Source: Eledone cirrhosa (Eukaryota). From it: a stretch of 64,000 bases of DNA. A model generated the notes under the pieces. That model saw nothing but the letters and a program-made list of their open reading frames with translations. It made no database searches and was not told the DNA's origin. The stretch spans positions 8,060,001-8,124,000 of the forward strand of contig OZ024748.1 in the NCBI GenBank assembly GCA_964016885.1, written 5' to 3'. A program made the translations under genes and the position numbers. This document shows positions 42,934 through 52,881 of the stretch, piece after piece (within the stretch, counting starts at the first letter, position 1; the number at the start of each line of letters is the position of its first letter).

Positions 42934-45900
42934 TTACAGATATATACTCAGAGTCGGCCCATTCACTCGGGCCATTCTTGCTTCTCTCACCCATCTTTCA
43001 ACAAAATGCTGGGAAGAGAGCACTTCCCTCTCTACTCTGATTTTCCTTTTCAAATGAAATTTGAAAAAGTCAATCAGAGCATCACCGAAGAGGTAAGTGC
43101 TCGTCTTCAGCCCTTTCAAACGTGTCCACCATACTATCTCTTTCGCCATGGCCACCAGACAGATAAAAACTGCCTGCCCTTCCCGGCTAAAGGAGGAGGG
43201 CGGGGCAATCCTCACGATGGCCTCAGATGATAGCTGGATCCGTCCTAAACGCGACAGCAGGTGTTCGACATAAACCCACAAGTCAGCAATTTTCGGACAC
43301 TGGACGAGTGCGTGCAGGACGGTTTCGTCGCCCTGCGCGCATCTCGGACATGCCCGGCTGACGGCACCTCCATGCCTGTAGAGTTTATCCCGAACTGGCA
43401 AGGCTCCTCGGTAGCACTGCCAGGCCAGAGATTTCTGGAAGTTGTCCATAGGCCCCGGCCCGAAAGTTCTTCCGAAGAGATTGGCTAGTTGATTTTCGTC
43501 GACGCCTAGAGTTTCCCCAAGTACGTCGTCGCTCTTCCCCTCCACTAATCCTCTATAGAACGCCGAGGTGGAGTTTCCACCGATCACATTGCCCGATTGG
43601 TCGAGGGCTGTGAGCGCCTGAAGACATTCCAGTCTCCAGGCGCTCCCTCTCGGTCTTCGCTTGACCCAGGACTGCAGCTCCGTCAAGGAAACGAGCTGGG
43701 GAAAAACCCGTCTAGCAAACGGCGACCACACCTGATCACCGTCGAGGAAGAGGTGGAGATGTCGTAGCCTGAGCGCGTGCCTGCGCATCATCAGCCACGG
43801 CATGCCCAGCCCTCCACGTAGCGGGTGTTGACAACAGATGGACCGCCTGACCATCGGAGCACGTCCCTTCCACAAAAAGCGAAAGAGCAAACGCTCCAGC
43901 GCAGTCAGGCGAGGCTTAGGACAAGGTACGACGGTTAGGCGGTAGCAGATGACAGACGCGATGTACGCGTTAGCCACCTCCGCTCGACCTTTCAGGGATA
44001 GCTTCCTCTCCGCCCATTTCTGGGTGAGAGAAGCCACCCTGCTCGTCACCTCGTCCCAGTTTTTGTCCGTCTGGAGGTCCGGACCGAACCAGACCCCTAG
44101 CAATTTAACCGGTCCGTCCGTCCAGCGCCCGACGACGCTGTTGGACGGCATGGACCTGCCTCTCCAGGTGCCGAGCTGCAGGCCCACTGACTTTTCCTGG
44201 TTGATTATTGCTCCTGTCACCGCTTCGTATTCTCTTAGTGTAGTGCCGATCGCCTCGATGTGTTTGGCGTTCGACACCACTACGGTGACATCGTCCGCAT
44301 ATGCTGACACGGATCTTCCGCATCCTAGTTCGCGCGGGACTCCCCTCAACGTCTCCAGTTTGTGCAGTAATGGCTCGAGAGTCAATACGTACAAGAGGGA
44401 CGAGAGGGGACATCCTTGGCGGACCGAGCGCATGATGTTGAACGGTTCCGACAGGTGACCGTTCACTCTCACCACAGAGCAGATGTCGCTGTGCATGGCA
44501 GCGATCCAGCCTCTGAAGACGGGCCCAAAGCCAGCCGCCCTCAGGACTGCCGCTAGGTAACGATGGTCGACCCTATCGAAAGCTTTCGACTGATCTAAAT
44601 TGATCAAGGACCCACCCGTGCCAGGTTCCCTAGCTACCCTCTCTACGATGTATCGCATGAGGTGGAGGTTGTCGTGGATGGATCTGTCGGGAATGGCGCA
44701 TGTCTGCGCCTCTCCCACCAGACCACCAACGACAAGCGCCAACCTCTTTGCTAGCACCTTGGCCAAAATCTTAAACTCTGTGTTTAGCAGAGTTATGGGC
44801 CGGAAATTGTCTATGTTATCCCCCTTGTTCGGATCCTTTCTCAGCAGTGCCACCGCTCCTCGGCTCACAGAACTGGGAATTCTCCCGTTCTGTTGCCAGT
44901 TGCAGTAGACGTCCGCCAAGAGGCCTCCGAACAAGTCTGGCATCTGTACGTAAAGTTCATAGGGCAGACCATCCAAACCAGGCGATTTACCCCTTGTGCA
45001 GCCAGTCATTGCCTCCCTTACTTCAGCGGCTGTTATCGGCTTTTCGCAACACCTCGCCTCAGTGGCCGAGAGCCGCGGCAGTCCGTCGAGGTAGACACTA
45101 AAGTCCATCCCTCTACCCGGCCCCCCGCTGCCCCCGAACAGCTGAGCGAAGTGTCGCTGAAAAGCTTCACACATTTGCCCGGGATCGAGTAGCATGCGCC
45201 CGTCGTGGTCCACCAAAGACCGGATCGTGGCTTTGTTGCCACGACGCGCCTCCGCCACTCGGGCCCATTGAACGGCTTTCGTCCCCTCGTGTCTGAGAGC
45301 ACGCACCCTAGCTCTGACAACGCAGCCTTCGTGCTTTGCATTGAAGAATTGGTCAAGGGCCAATTTCGCCGCAAGCACGTCGGTCGCAATGCCTTTGCTA
45401 AGCGCCTCGTCTAATTTTCTAACTAGTTCTCCCTCTGCTCTATTTTTCTCTATTGCTAAAGCCTTACTAAACCTAATCGATTCTATTCTAATCGCTCTTT
45501 TCAGAGCAAACCACCACTTGTTGTTGACGATGGCCCCCGTCAACGCCCGCTTAACTAGTTCGCTAATCCGGTCTCTGTAGGCCTTGCGCGCTGGTAAGGA
45601 CGCGTTTAGCTTCCAGTAGCCGGGTCCTCGTCTATGAAGCCTATCTAAGTCAAGCACACAGATCACGAATTTGTGGTCCGTGTAGCTGACTATCTTGAAT
45701 TGTGGACAGCCTATGCTAGACCTATCTATTTCCCTACAAAATACTCTATCTAGATATGATCTGGATGACCCTATGCGGTTTGTCCAAGTCCACATTGGCA
45801 CATTCGGGAAATCCAATCGGTACCTGTCAGACAGTTCAAAACGCCTGAGCAGGTTGGTGAGGCTCTTGCACCCTCCACCCCTATCCGCTAATCCCACACA

Positions 45901-46353
45901 GTCCCAGCGTGCATCTAAGATCCCGTTCCAGTCGCCCACTAACACTAAAGAGCGCGACGTTCCAAGAAAGGTCTCCAGACGCCGGAAGAAATCAGGCCGC
46001 CCTGCTCCTGTCGGGGCATAGACGGCCACTAGCTTGAAAGCTTGCCCGTCTCCGCTGGTCACGTCCAGCACCACCAGCTTACCCTCTGGGTCCAGGAAGA
46101 TGGCCCGTATGGCGAGATCCAAACCTCTCCGAAAAAGCACAGCAACTCCTCCACCCGATCCAGGACGGCTGGGAGATGCGTACACATCGTAGCCGCCGAA
46201 GATCGGTGCGAAGGCCCGTGCTTCGGAGATTCTGGTCTCGCTGATGGCCACTACATCTATGTTTAGTGACCTGAGGTCGTTGAGCAGGTGACCCTGCTTC
46301 CATGACGACCCCAAGCCACGCGCATTTATGCTGCCTATTCTGAGTGAGGTCAT
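42934..46353 (-). CDS. ORF2, 1139 aa: APE-type endonuclease, reverse transcriptase and C-terminal zinc finger (Tx1-like)
   Basis: EN motifs SINARGL, AISET, VYAP, GDWN, YLDR, TDH. RT motifs KSPGLDG, NFRPITLLN, LDQSKAFDRVDH, VRQGCPLS, YADD. C-terminal CPRC-x8-H-x4-C. GPGYWKLNASL and GGLG..P are typical of L1/Tx1. Confidence 0.97.
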   Translation of the reverse strand: MTSLRIGSINARGLGSSWKQGHLLNDLRSLNIDVVAISETRISEARAFAPIFGGYDVYASPSRPGSGGGVAVLFRRGLDLAIRAIFLDPEGKLVVLDVTSGDGQAFKLVAVYAPTGAGRPDFFRRLETFLGTSRSLVLVGDWNGILDARWDCVGLADRGGGCKSLTNLLRRFELSDRYRLDFPNVPMWTWTNRIGSSRSYLDRVFCREIDRSSIGCPQFKIVSYTDHKFVICVLDLDRLHRRGPGYWKLNASLPARKAYRDRISELVKRALTGAIVNNKWWFALKRAIRIESIRFSKALAIEKNRAEGELVRKLDEALSKGIATDVLAAKLALDQFFNAKHEGCVVRARVRALRHEGTKAVQWARVAEARRGNKATIRSLVDHDGRMLLDPGQMCEAFQRHFAQLFGGSGGPGRGMDFSVYLDGLPRLSATEARCCEKPITAAEVREAMTGCTRGKSPGLDGLPYELYVQMPDLFGGLLADVYCNWQQNGRIPSSVSRGAVALLRKDPNKGDNIDNFRPITLLNTEFKILAKVLAKRLALVVGGLVGEAQTCAIPDRSIHDNLHLMRYIVERVAREPGTGGSLINLDQSKAFDRVDHRYLAAVLRAAGFGPVFRGWIAAMHSDICSVVRVNGHLSEPFNIMRSVRQGCPLSSLLYVLTLEPLLHKLETLRGVPRELGCGRSVSAYADDVTVVVSNAKHIEAIGTTLREYEAVTGAIINQEKSVGLQLGTWRGRSMPSNSVVGRWTDGPVKLLGVWFGPDLQTDKNWDEVTSRVASLTQKWAERKLSLKGRAEVANAYIASVICYRLTVVPCPKPRLTALERLLFRFLWKGRAPMVRRSICCQHPLRGGLGMPWLMMRRHALRLRHLHLFLDGDQVWSPFARRVFPQLVSLTELQSWVKRRPRGSAWRLECLQALTALDQSGNVIGGNSTSAFYRGLVEGKSDDVLGETLGVDENQLANLFGRTFGPGPMDNFQKSLAWQCYRGALPVRDKLYRHGGAVSRACPRCAQGDETVLHALVQCPKIADLWVYVEHLLSRLGRIQLSSEAIVRIAPPSSFSREGQAVFICLVAMAKEIVWWTRLKGLKTSTYLFGDALIDFFKFHLKRKIRVEREVLSSQHFVERWVREARMARVNGPTLSIYL

Positions 46354-46388
46354 GTTTAAAATAGAGTGGAAAAGATGGGAAAGACCAC

Positions 46389-48488
46389 TTACCGTATTTT
46401 TGGTAGAGGAGGGATGGTTTTTACATCCCTTTTCACTTGATCGTCTGGTGAAGGGACCGTTGAATCGTTCCTTCGGCTGGTCGTCGGCTCTTCTAAGAGA
46501 ATGTCTGAATATACTCTTCGATTAATGGTTCCTCCTAGGTCCCTGAAATCACCAACTGCGTTGGGGAATTTCGTTTTAATGTTTGTGTATTGTTTCTGTG
46601 CTATTTTTAGCAGTCTTATGTTAGTTGGCGTTTTGATTGGTGCTGGTATTATGTAGTCCTGTTGTGAAATGTCTGTGTGTTCAATTATGTAAGTCATTAG
46701 TTTCTTGTTGTGTGTGTTTATTGCCGTGCATTTGTTTTTCTGGGGGTGGGGTGTGGTTCTGCTATTTTCTTGTCGTTGTTGCTGGGTGTGTGTGTTTTGT
46801 TGTTGTGTTTGCGATGTTGGTGCTTGTGGTGGTGGTGTTGAAGGTGTTGTTGGCGGTGGGGTTGTCGCCGGTGGTGATGGTGGTGCTGGTGTGGGTGGTG
46901 ATGGTGTTGGTGGTGTTGCTGCTGTGGGTCTCTTTGCAGTAGACTTTACCCTTTTCTCATTTCTTTCCTCCCTTTTCAAAGGCGACGATGCGCTGCTTCT
47001 GCGTTTGTGCCTTCTTGAGACCTTTTGCCATCCCTCTCCCACCTCACACTCCATGTCTGATTCTGTAAGGTCGGGGAGGGGTACCAGCTCCACTCTTTCA
47101 CTTGTTGTTGTTGGTGATGTTTGCACTGGAGTCTCTGTTGCAGCTGCATTTGGTATTGCTGTTGTTGTTGTTAATATTTCCACTGCTGCTGCTGTCTTTG
47201 ATTTCCGTGGAGTGGGTATGGGTGCCACGGACCTATCGTTCCTGGTTGCCGCTTGTCCTGTTGCTGGTAGCCGTGGAACCGGATTCGGGAGGAGGGGGGT
47301 TTTCTCCTTTCTCAGGGTCTTCTCGTTGCAGAAGGCCCTGAGGTGAGTCTTCGATCCACAGCGAAAGCATTTCGGGCGTTTGCCCTCAACACTTATGGGC
47401 AGTTGAGTGCCGTTATCGAAGTCTATCACATCCGGGATAGCTTCGATGCACTCCTGGTTGGTTTGGATTAGCATCTCAATGGAGGAGCCGACCCAATCTT
47501 CTCTTACTTTTTTCTGTACTTGCAGTACAGTTGTTTTGTCCTCGATTCCGACGAGGACAGACGCGGCCAGCCAAGAAGGGGTCATTCCGGGGGGGACGTG
47601 GGTCAGTTTGACCCTCACAATTTTTTGCCCGCAGTAGGAGGGCACCAACACCATTTCCTCGCTCCTTAGGGTCACTACTGATTGGGCCTTTGCCTCCTGG
47701 GGTGTGGCAAAAAGTACGTCTACGGTGGCGTATTTTTTGCCTCGGGTGATGTGCGTTTTCCTCTGCCACACAGACCCCAAGGCTTTTTGTATTTGGGCCT
47801 CTGTGGCTCTTTCCACCCTACGGGATTTTGTACTTACTGTACGGTACGTGACCGTACAGTGCTCTTGGGTTTCGAAAAAATTTTTCGCTGCCTTGCAGAT
47901 TGCTCGGTGTCCGTTCTTTGTCACCATCTTCTTCGCTTCCTCTAATTCCTCATTTGTTATGAGGATTGTTTCCAGGTTTTTCGCAATACCTGCAAATGAG
48001 ATTGGTTTTTCTCTGCTGTTGTTGTTGTCGTCAGAGCTGCTGGTACTTTTGTTGTTGCTGCAGGTACTACGACTACTGCCTCCGCCGCTGTTGCTGTGGT
48101 TGTTGTTGGTGTTGCTGCTGCTAATGCTGTTGTTGTTTATGCTGCTGGTGATGCTGTTGCGGCTGCTACTGTTGTTTTCATTGTCACTGTTGCTGTTGTT
48201 ATTACGGCTGCTACTGCTATTATTCCTGACGTCAGACGAATGAACTGGGTTTTCGTATTTCCCGCACACCTGTTTCGTCGCTGTCGTCGTCGTCGTGGAG
48301 AAACCTTGCACGCTTTGCACGAGACTTTTCTTTTCTTTCGTCGCTTGCGAAAGAGAAGGTAGGGAGAGAGACACATTTAAAGAAGGGAGGGAGAGAGACA
48401 ATCTTCTCTCTCCTGTAGTGATGATTGAGGAAGAAGAAGACGGAATGAGTGGGAGTGACGTATGAAATTTTTTTTTTTTGGTAGCCAT
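46389..48488 (-). CDS. ORF1, gag-like nucleic-acid-binding protein (699 aa from the ATG of MATKKKK)
   Basis: CCHC knuckle CFRCGSKTHLRAFC (C-x2-C-x4-H-x4-C). N/S-rich and P/T/Q-rich low-complexity tracts. Ends 35 nt upstream of ORF2. The track start at 48521 is TTG; the first ATG is at 48488. Confidence 0.92.
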   Translation of the reverse strand: MATKKKKFHTSLPLIPSSSSSIITTGERRLSLSLPSLNVSLSLPSLSQATKEKKSLVQSVQGFSTTTTTATKQVCGKYENPVHSSDVRNNSSSSRNNNSNSDNENNSSSRNSITSSINNNSISSSNTNNNHSNSGGGSSRSTCSNNKSTSSSDDNNNSREKPISFAGIAKNLETILITNEELEEAKKMVTKNGHRAICKAAKNFFETQEHCTVTYRTVSTKSRRVERATEAQIQKALGSVWQRKTHITRGKKYATVDVLFATPQEAKAQSVVTLRSEEMVLVPSYCGQKIVRVKLTHVPPGMTPSWLAASVLVGIEDKTTVLQVQKKVREDWVGSSIEMLIQTNQECIEAIPDVIDFDNGTQLPISVEGKRPKCFRCGSKTHLRAFCNEKTLRKEKTPLLPNPVPRLPATGQAATRNDRSVAPIPTPRKSKTAAAVEILTTTTAIPNAAATETPVQTSPTTTSERVELVPLPDLTESDMECEVGEGWQKVSRRHKRRSSASSPLKREERNEKRVKSTAKRPTAATPPTPSPPTPAPPSPPATTPPPTTPSTPPPQAPTSQTQQQNTHTQQQRQENSRTTPHPQKNKCTAINTHNKKLMTYIIEHTDISQQDYIIPAPIKTPTNIRLLKIAQKQYTNIKTKFPNAVGDFRDLGGTINRRVYSDILLEEPTTSRRNDSTVPSPDDQVKRDVKTIPPLPKIR

Positions 48489-48722
48489 GTTGTTTTGTTT
48501 AAAATGAAATTTTGGGTACAAAACCCCAATAACTGGCTATTTAACCCCGAAGGGCCAAATAACGGACAGAAAGACCCCTCTCACGAGGAGGAGGGTGTCT
48601 TTATCAACAATTTGGTTCAAGTTTTAAACAATTTACAATTGTTTTAACGGTTAAAAATTACTATACCTTACAGAGCCGAGCCTCCGTCAACCATGGCATT
48701 CAATAATAATAATAATAATAAT

Positions 48723-49111
48723 AGACAAGAATGTATCTATAAAAACATTTGAAAAATTGAGCAAGTATAAGGACCTGGAGATAGAAATTGGAAAAATGTG
48801 GAAATTGAGAACTAAAACAATACCAGTGGTTGTAGGCGCTCTGGGAATGATACCTAAGGGGTCTAATGATTACTTATCGCAAATCCCAGGAAACCCGCGT
48901 ATAGGAGAAATACAAAAGATAGTACTAATGGGAACTGCCCATATACTAAGGAAGATTCTGTCAATATAAGTACATCACAAGTCTAAACACTAAGGATGCA
49001 TGTGTGAATATGTGTGTTCTTTCTTGAACATGGCGGACCTTGTTGTCTCTTGAGGTCACTGGTTGTGACTTGGTGATAACTCGTATGAACATAAAGCAAG
49101 ATAAATGCAAC

Positions 49112-49112
<1 letters not shown>
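48723..49112 (+). mobile_element. 5'-truncated 3' fragment of an R4/Dong-type (restriction-like endonuclease) LINE, spacer 1
   Basis: Encodes DKNVSIKTFEKLSKYKDLEIEIGKMWKLRTKTIPVVVGALG...GTAHILRKILSI* (stop at 48969), the K..KY.DL / P.VVGALG RLE C-terminus. A 3' UTR and a (TAA)n tail follow. Confidence 0.85.
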
Positions 49113-49167
<55 letters not shown>

Positions 49168-49427
49168 TTTCTTTATTAACCACAAGGGTTTACATAAAGT
49201 AGACATTAAGGACAGTGCAGGACAATGCAGGACGGTACAAATGGGCATTTCTGCGTGTAAAAAAACAAAAACAGAGGATGTAACAAAAATAACAATGAAA
49301 ATAACAATGAAAAATTCCCCAATAGGGGGGAGACTTCGGAGGGACATTTGTGGAGAAAGCCCAGTAAAAAGCCACAATGACCCTGACCACCAAGGCAAGT
49401 GCCCTCTCCCAGTTTTCCACCTTTAGT

Positions 49428-52400
49428 TTACAGATATATACTCAGAGTCGGCCCATTCACACGGGCCATTCTTGCTTCTCTCACCCATCTTTCAACAAAA
49501 TGCTGGGAAGAGAGCACTTCCTTCTCTACTCTGATTTTCCTTTTCAAATGAAATTTGAAAAAGTCAATCAGAGCATCACCGAAGAGGTAAGTGCTCGTCT
49601 TCAGCCCTTTCAAACGTGTCCACCATACTATCTCTTTCGCCATGGCCACCAGACAGATAAAAACTGCCTGCCCTTCCCGGCTAAAGGAGGAGGGCGGGGC
49701 AATCCTCACGATAGACTCAGATGATAGCTGGATCCGTCCTAAACGCGACAGCAGGTGTTCGACATAAACCCACAAGTCAGCAATTTTCGGACACTGGACG
49801 AGTGCGTGCAGGACGGTTTCGTCGCCCTGCGCGCATCTCGGACATGCCCGGCTGACGGCACCTCCATGCCTGTAGAGTTTATCCCGAACTGGCAAGGCTC
49901 CTCGGTAGCACTGCCAGGCCAGAGATTTCTGGAAGTTGTCCATAGGCCCCGGCCCGAAAGTTCTTCCGAAGAGATTGGCTAGTTGATTTTCGTCGACGCC
50001 TAGAGTTTCCCCAAGTACGTCGTCGCTCTTCCCCTCCACTAATCCTCTATAGAACGCCGAGGTGGAGTTTCCACCGATCACATTGCCCGATTGGTCGAGG
50101 GCTGTGAGCGCCTGAAGACATTCCAGTCTCCAGGCGCTCCCTCTCGGTCTTCGCTTGACCCAGGACTGCAGCTCCGTCAAGGAAACGAGCTGGGGAAAAA
50201 CGCGTCTAGCAAACGGCGACCACACCTGATCACCGTCGAGGAAGAGGTGGAGATGTCGTAGCCTGAGCGCGTGCCTGCGCATCATCAGCCACGGCATGCC
50301 CAGCCCTCCACGTAGCGGGTGTTGACAACAGATGGACCGCCTGACCATCGGAGCGCGTCCCTTCCACAAAAAGCGAAAGAGCAAACGCTCCAGCGCAGTC
50401 AGGCGAGGCTTAGGACAAGGTACGACGGTTAGGCGGTAGCAGATGACAGACGCGATGTACGCGTTAGCCACCTCCGCTCGACCTTTCAGGGATAGCTTCC
50501 TCTCCGCCCATTTCTGGGTGAGAGAAGCCACCCTGCTCGTCACCTCGTCCCAGTTTTTGTCCGTCTGGAGGTCCGGACCGAACCAGACCCCTAGCAATTT
50601 AACCGGTCCGTCCGTCCAGCGCCCGACGACGCTGTTGGACGGCATGGACCTGCCTCTCCAGGTGCCGAGCTGCAGGCCCACTGACTTTTCCTGGTTGATC
50701 ATTGCTCCTGTCACCGCTTCGTATTCTCTTAGTGTAGTGCCGATCGCCTCGATGTGTTTGGCGTTCGACACCACTACGGTGACATCGTCCGCATATGCTG
50801 ACACGGATCTTCCGCATCCTAGTTCGCGCGGGACTCCCCTCAACGTCTCCAGTTTGTGCAGTAATGGCTCGAGAGTCAATACGTACAAGAGGGACGAGAG
50901 GGGACATCCTTGGCGGACCGAGCGCATGATGTTGAACGGTTCCGACAGGTGACCGTTCACTCTCACCACAGAGCAGATGTCGCTGTGCATGGCAGCGATC
51001 CAGCCTCTGAAGACGGGCCCAAAGCCAGCCGCCCTCAGGACTGCCGCTAGGTAACGATGGTCGACCCTATCGAAAGCTTTCGACTGATCTAAATTGATCA
51101 AGGACCCACCCGTGCCAGGTTCCCTAGCTACCCTCTCTACGATGTATCGCATGAGGTGGAGGTTGTCGTGGATGGATCTGTCGGGAATGGCGCATGTCTG
51201 CGCCTCTCCCACCAGACCACCAACGACAAGCGCCAACCTCTTTGCTAGCACCTTGGCCAAAATCTTAAACTCTGTGTTTAGCAGAGTTATGGGCCGGAAA
51301 TTTTCTATGTTATCCCCCTTGTTCGGATCCTTTCTCAGCAGTGCCACCGCTCCTCGGCTCACAGAACTGGGAATTCTCCCGTTCTGTTGCCAGTTGCAGT
51401 AGACGTCCGCCAAGAGGCCTCCGAACAAGTCTGGCATCTGTACGTAAAGTTCATAGGGCAGACCATCCAAACCAGGCGATTTACCCCTTGTGCAGCCAGT
51501 CATTGCCTCCCGTACTTCAGCGGCTGTTATCGGCTTTTCGCAACACCTCGCCTCAGTGGCCGAGAGCCGCGGCAGTCCGTCGAGGTAGACACTAAAGTCC
51601 ATCCCTCTACCCGGCCCCCCGCTGCCCCCGAACAGCTGAGCGAAGTGTCGCTGAAAAGCTTCACACATTTGCCCGGGATCGAGTAGCATGCGCCCGTCGT
51701 GGTCCACCAAAGACCGGATCGTGGCTTTGTTGCCACGACGCGCCTCCGCCACTCGGGCCCATTGAACGGCTTTCGTCCCCTCGTGTCTGAGAGCACGCAC
51801 CCTAGCTCTGACAACGCAGCCTTCGTGCTTTGCATTGAAGAATTGGTCAAGGGCCAATTTCGCCGCAAGCACGTCGGTCGCAATGCCTTTGCTAAGCGCC
51901 TCGTCTAATTTTCTAACTAGTTCTCCCTCTGCTCTATTTTTCTCTATTGCTAAAGCCTTACTAAACCTAATCGATTCTATTCTAATCGCTCTTTTCAGAG
52001 CAAACCACCACTTGTTGTTGACGATGGCCCCCGTCAACGCCCGCTTAACTAGTTCGATAATCCGGTCTCTGTAGGCCTTGCGCGCTGGTAAGGACGCGTT
52101 TAGCTTCCAGTAGCCGGGTCCTCGTCTATGAAGCTTATCTAAGTCAAGCACACAGGTCACGAATTTGTGGTCCGTGTAGCTGACTATCTTGAATTGTGGA
52201 CAGCCTATGCTAGACCTATCTATTTCCCTACAAAATACTCTATCTAGATATGATCTGGATGACCCTATGCGGTTTGTCCAAGTCCACATTGGCACATTCG
52301 GGAAATCCAATCGGTACCTGTCAGACAGTTCAAAACGCCTGAGCAGGTTGGTGAGGCTCTTGCACCCTCCACCCCTATCCGCTAATCCCACACAGTCCCA

Positions 52401-52847
52401 GCGTGCATCTAAGATCCCGTTCCAGTCGCCCACTAACACTAAAGAGCGGGACGTTCCAAGAAAGGTCTCCAGACGCCGGAAGAAATCAGGCCGCCCTGCT
52501 CCTGTCGGGGCATAGACGGCCACTAGCCTGAAAGCTTGCCCGTCTCCGCTGGTCACGTCCAGCACCACCAGCTTACCCTCTGGGTCCAGGAAGATGGCCC
52601 GTATGGCGAGATCCAAACCTCTCCGAAAAAGCACAGCAACTCCTCCACCCGATCCAGGACGGCTGGGAGATGCGTACACATCGTAGCCGCCGAAGATCGG
52701 TGCGAAGGCCCGTGCTTCGGAGATTCTGGTCTCGCTGATGGCCACTACATCTATGTTTAGTGACCTGAGGTCGTTGAGCAGGTGACCCTGCTTCCATGAC
52801 GACCCCAAGCCACGCGCATTTATGCTGCCTATTCTGAGTGAGGTCAT
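49428..52847 (-). CDS. ORF2 (APE-EN/RT/zinc finger), 1139 aa, copy 2
   Basis: Same motifs as copy 1; intact. Confidence 0.97.
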   Translation of the reverse strand: MTSLRIGSINARGLGSSWKQGHLLNDLRSLNIDVVAISETRISEARAFAPIFGGYDVYASPSRPGSGGGVAVLFRRGLDLAIRAIFLDPEGKLVVLDVTSGDGQAFRLVAVYAPTGAGRPDFFRRLETFLGTSRSLVLVGDWNGILDARWDCVGLADRGGGCKSLTNLLRRFELSDRYRLDFPNVPMWTWTNRIGSSRSYLDRVFCREIDRSSIGCPQFKIVSYTDHKFVTCVLDLDKLHRRGPGYWKLNASLPARKAYRDRIIELVKRALTGAIVNNKWWFALKRAIRIESIRFSKALAIEKNRAEGELVRKLDEALSKGIATDVLAAKLALDQFFNAKHEGCVVRARVRALRHEGTKAVQWARVAEARRGNKATIRSLVDHDGRMLLDPGQMCEAFQRHFAQLFGGSGGPGRGMDFSVYLDGLPRLSATEARCCEKPITAAEVREAMTGCTRGKSPGLDGLPYELYVQMPDLFGGLLADVYCNWQQNGRIPSSVSRGAVALLRKDPNKGDNIENFRPITLLNTEFKILAKVLAKRLALVVGGLVGEAQTCAIPDRSIHDNLHLMRYIVERVAREPGTGGSLINLDQSKAFDRVDHRYLAAVLRAAGFGPVFRGWIAAMHSDICSVVRVNGHLSEPFNIMRSVRQGCPLSSLLYVLTLEPLLHKLETLRGVPRELGCGRSVSAYADDVTVVVSNAKHIEAIGTTLREYEAVTGAMINQEKSVGLQLGTWRGRSMPSNSVVGRWTDGPVKLLGVWFGPDLQTDKNWDEVTSRVASLTQKWAERKLSLKGRAEVANAYIASVICYRLTVVPCPKPRLTALERLLFRFLWKGRAPMVRRSICCQHPLRGGLGMPWLMMRRHALRLRHLHLFLDGDQVWSPFARRVFPQLVSLTELQSWVKRRPRGSAWRLECLQALTALDQSGNVIGGNSTSAFYRGLVEGKSDDVLGETLGVDENQLANLFGRTFGPGPMDNFQKSLAWQCYRGALPVRDKLYRHGGAVSRACPRCAQGDETVLHALVQCPKIADLWVYVEHLLSRLGRIQLSSESIVRIAPPSSFSREGQAVFICLVAMAKEIVWWTRLKGLKTSTYLFGDALIDFFKFHLKRKIRVEKEVLSSQHFVERWVREARMARVNGPTLSIYL

Positions 52848-52881
52848 GTTTAAATAGAGTGGAAAAGATGGGAAAGACCAC

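Larger units (their letters stand above)
42671..48701 (-). mobile_element. Full-length L1/Tx1-clade non-LTR retrotransposon, copy 1 (6031 bp)
   Basis: Two intact ORFs. The 3' end reads ...CCTTGTGGTTAATAAAGAAATC followed by (ATT)15 (42626-42670). The 5' end GAATGCCATGG is preceded by (ATT)7. Boundaries come from comparing the three copies. Confidence 0.95.

Noticed and set aside
48489-48701. Self-cleaving ribozyme in the Tx1 5' UTR explaining the uniform 5' ends
   Set aside because: Only a simple hairpin (AAAGAC.CCCTC/GAGGGGTCTTT) is visible; I could not build an HDV or hammerhead core.
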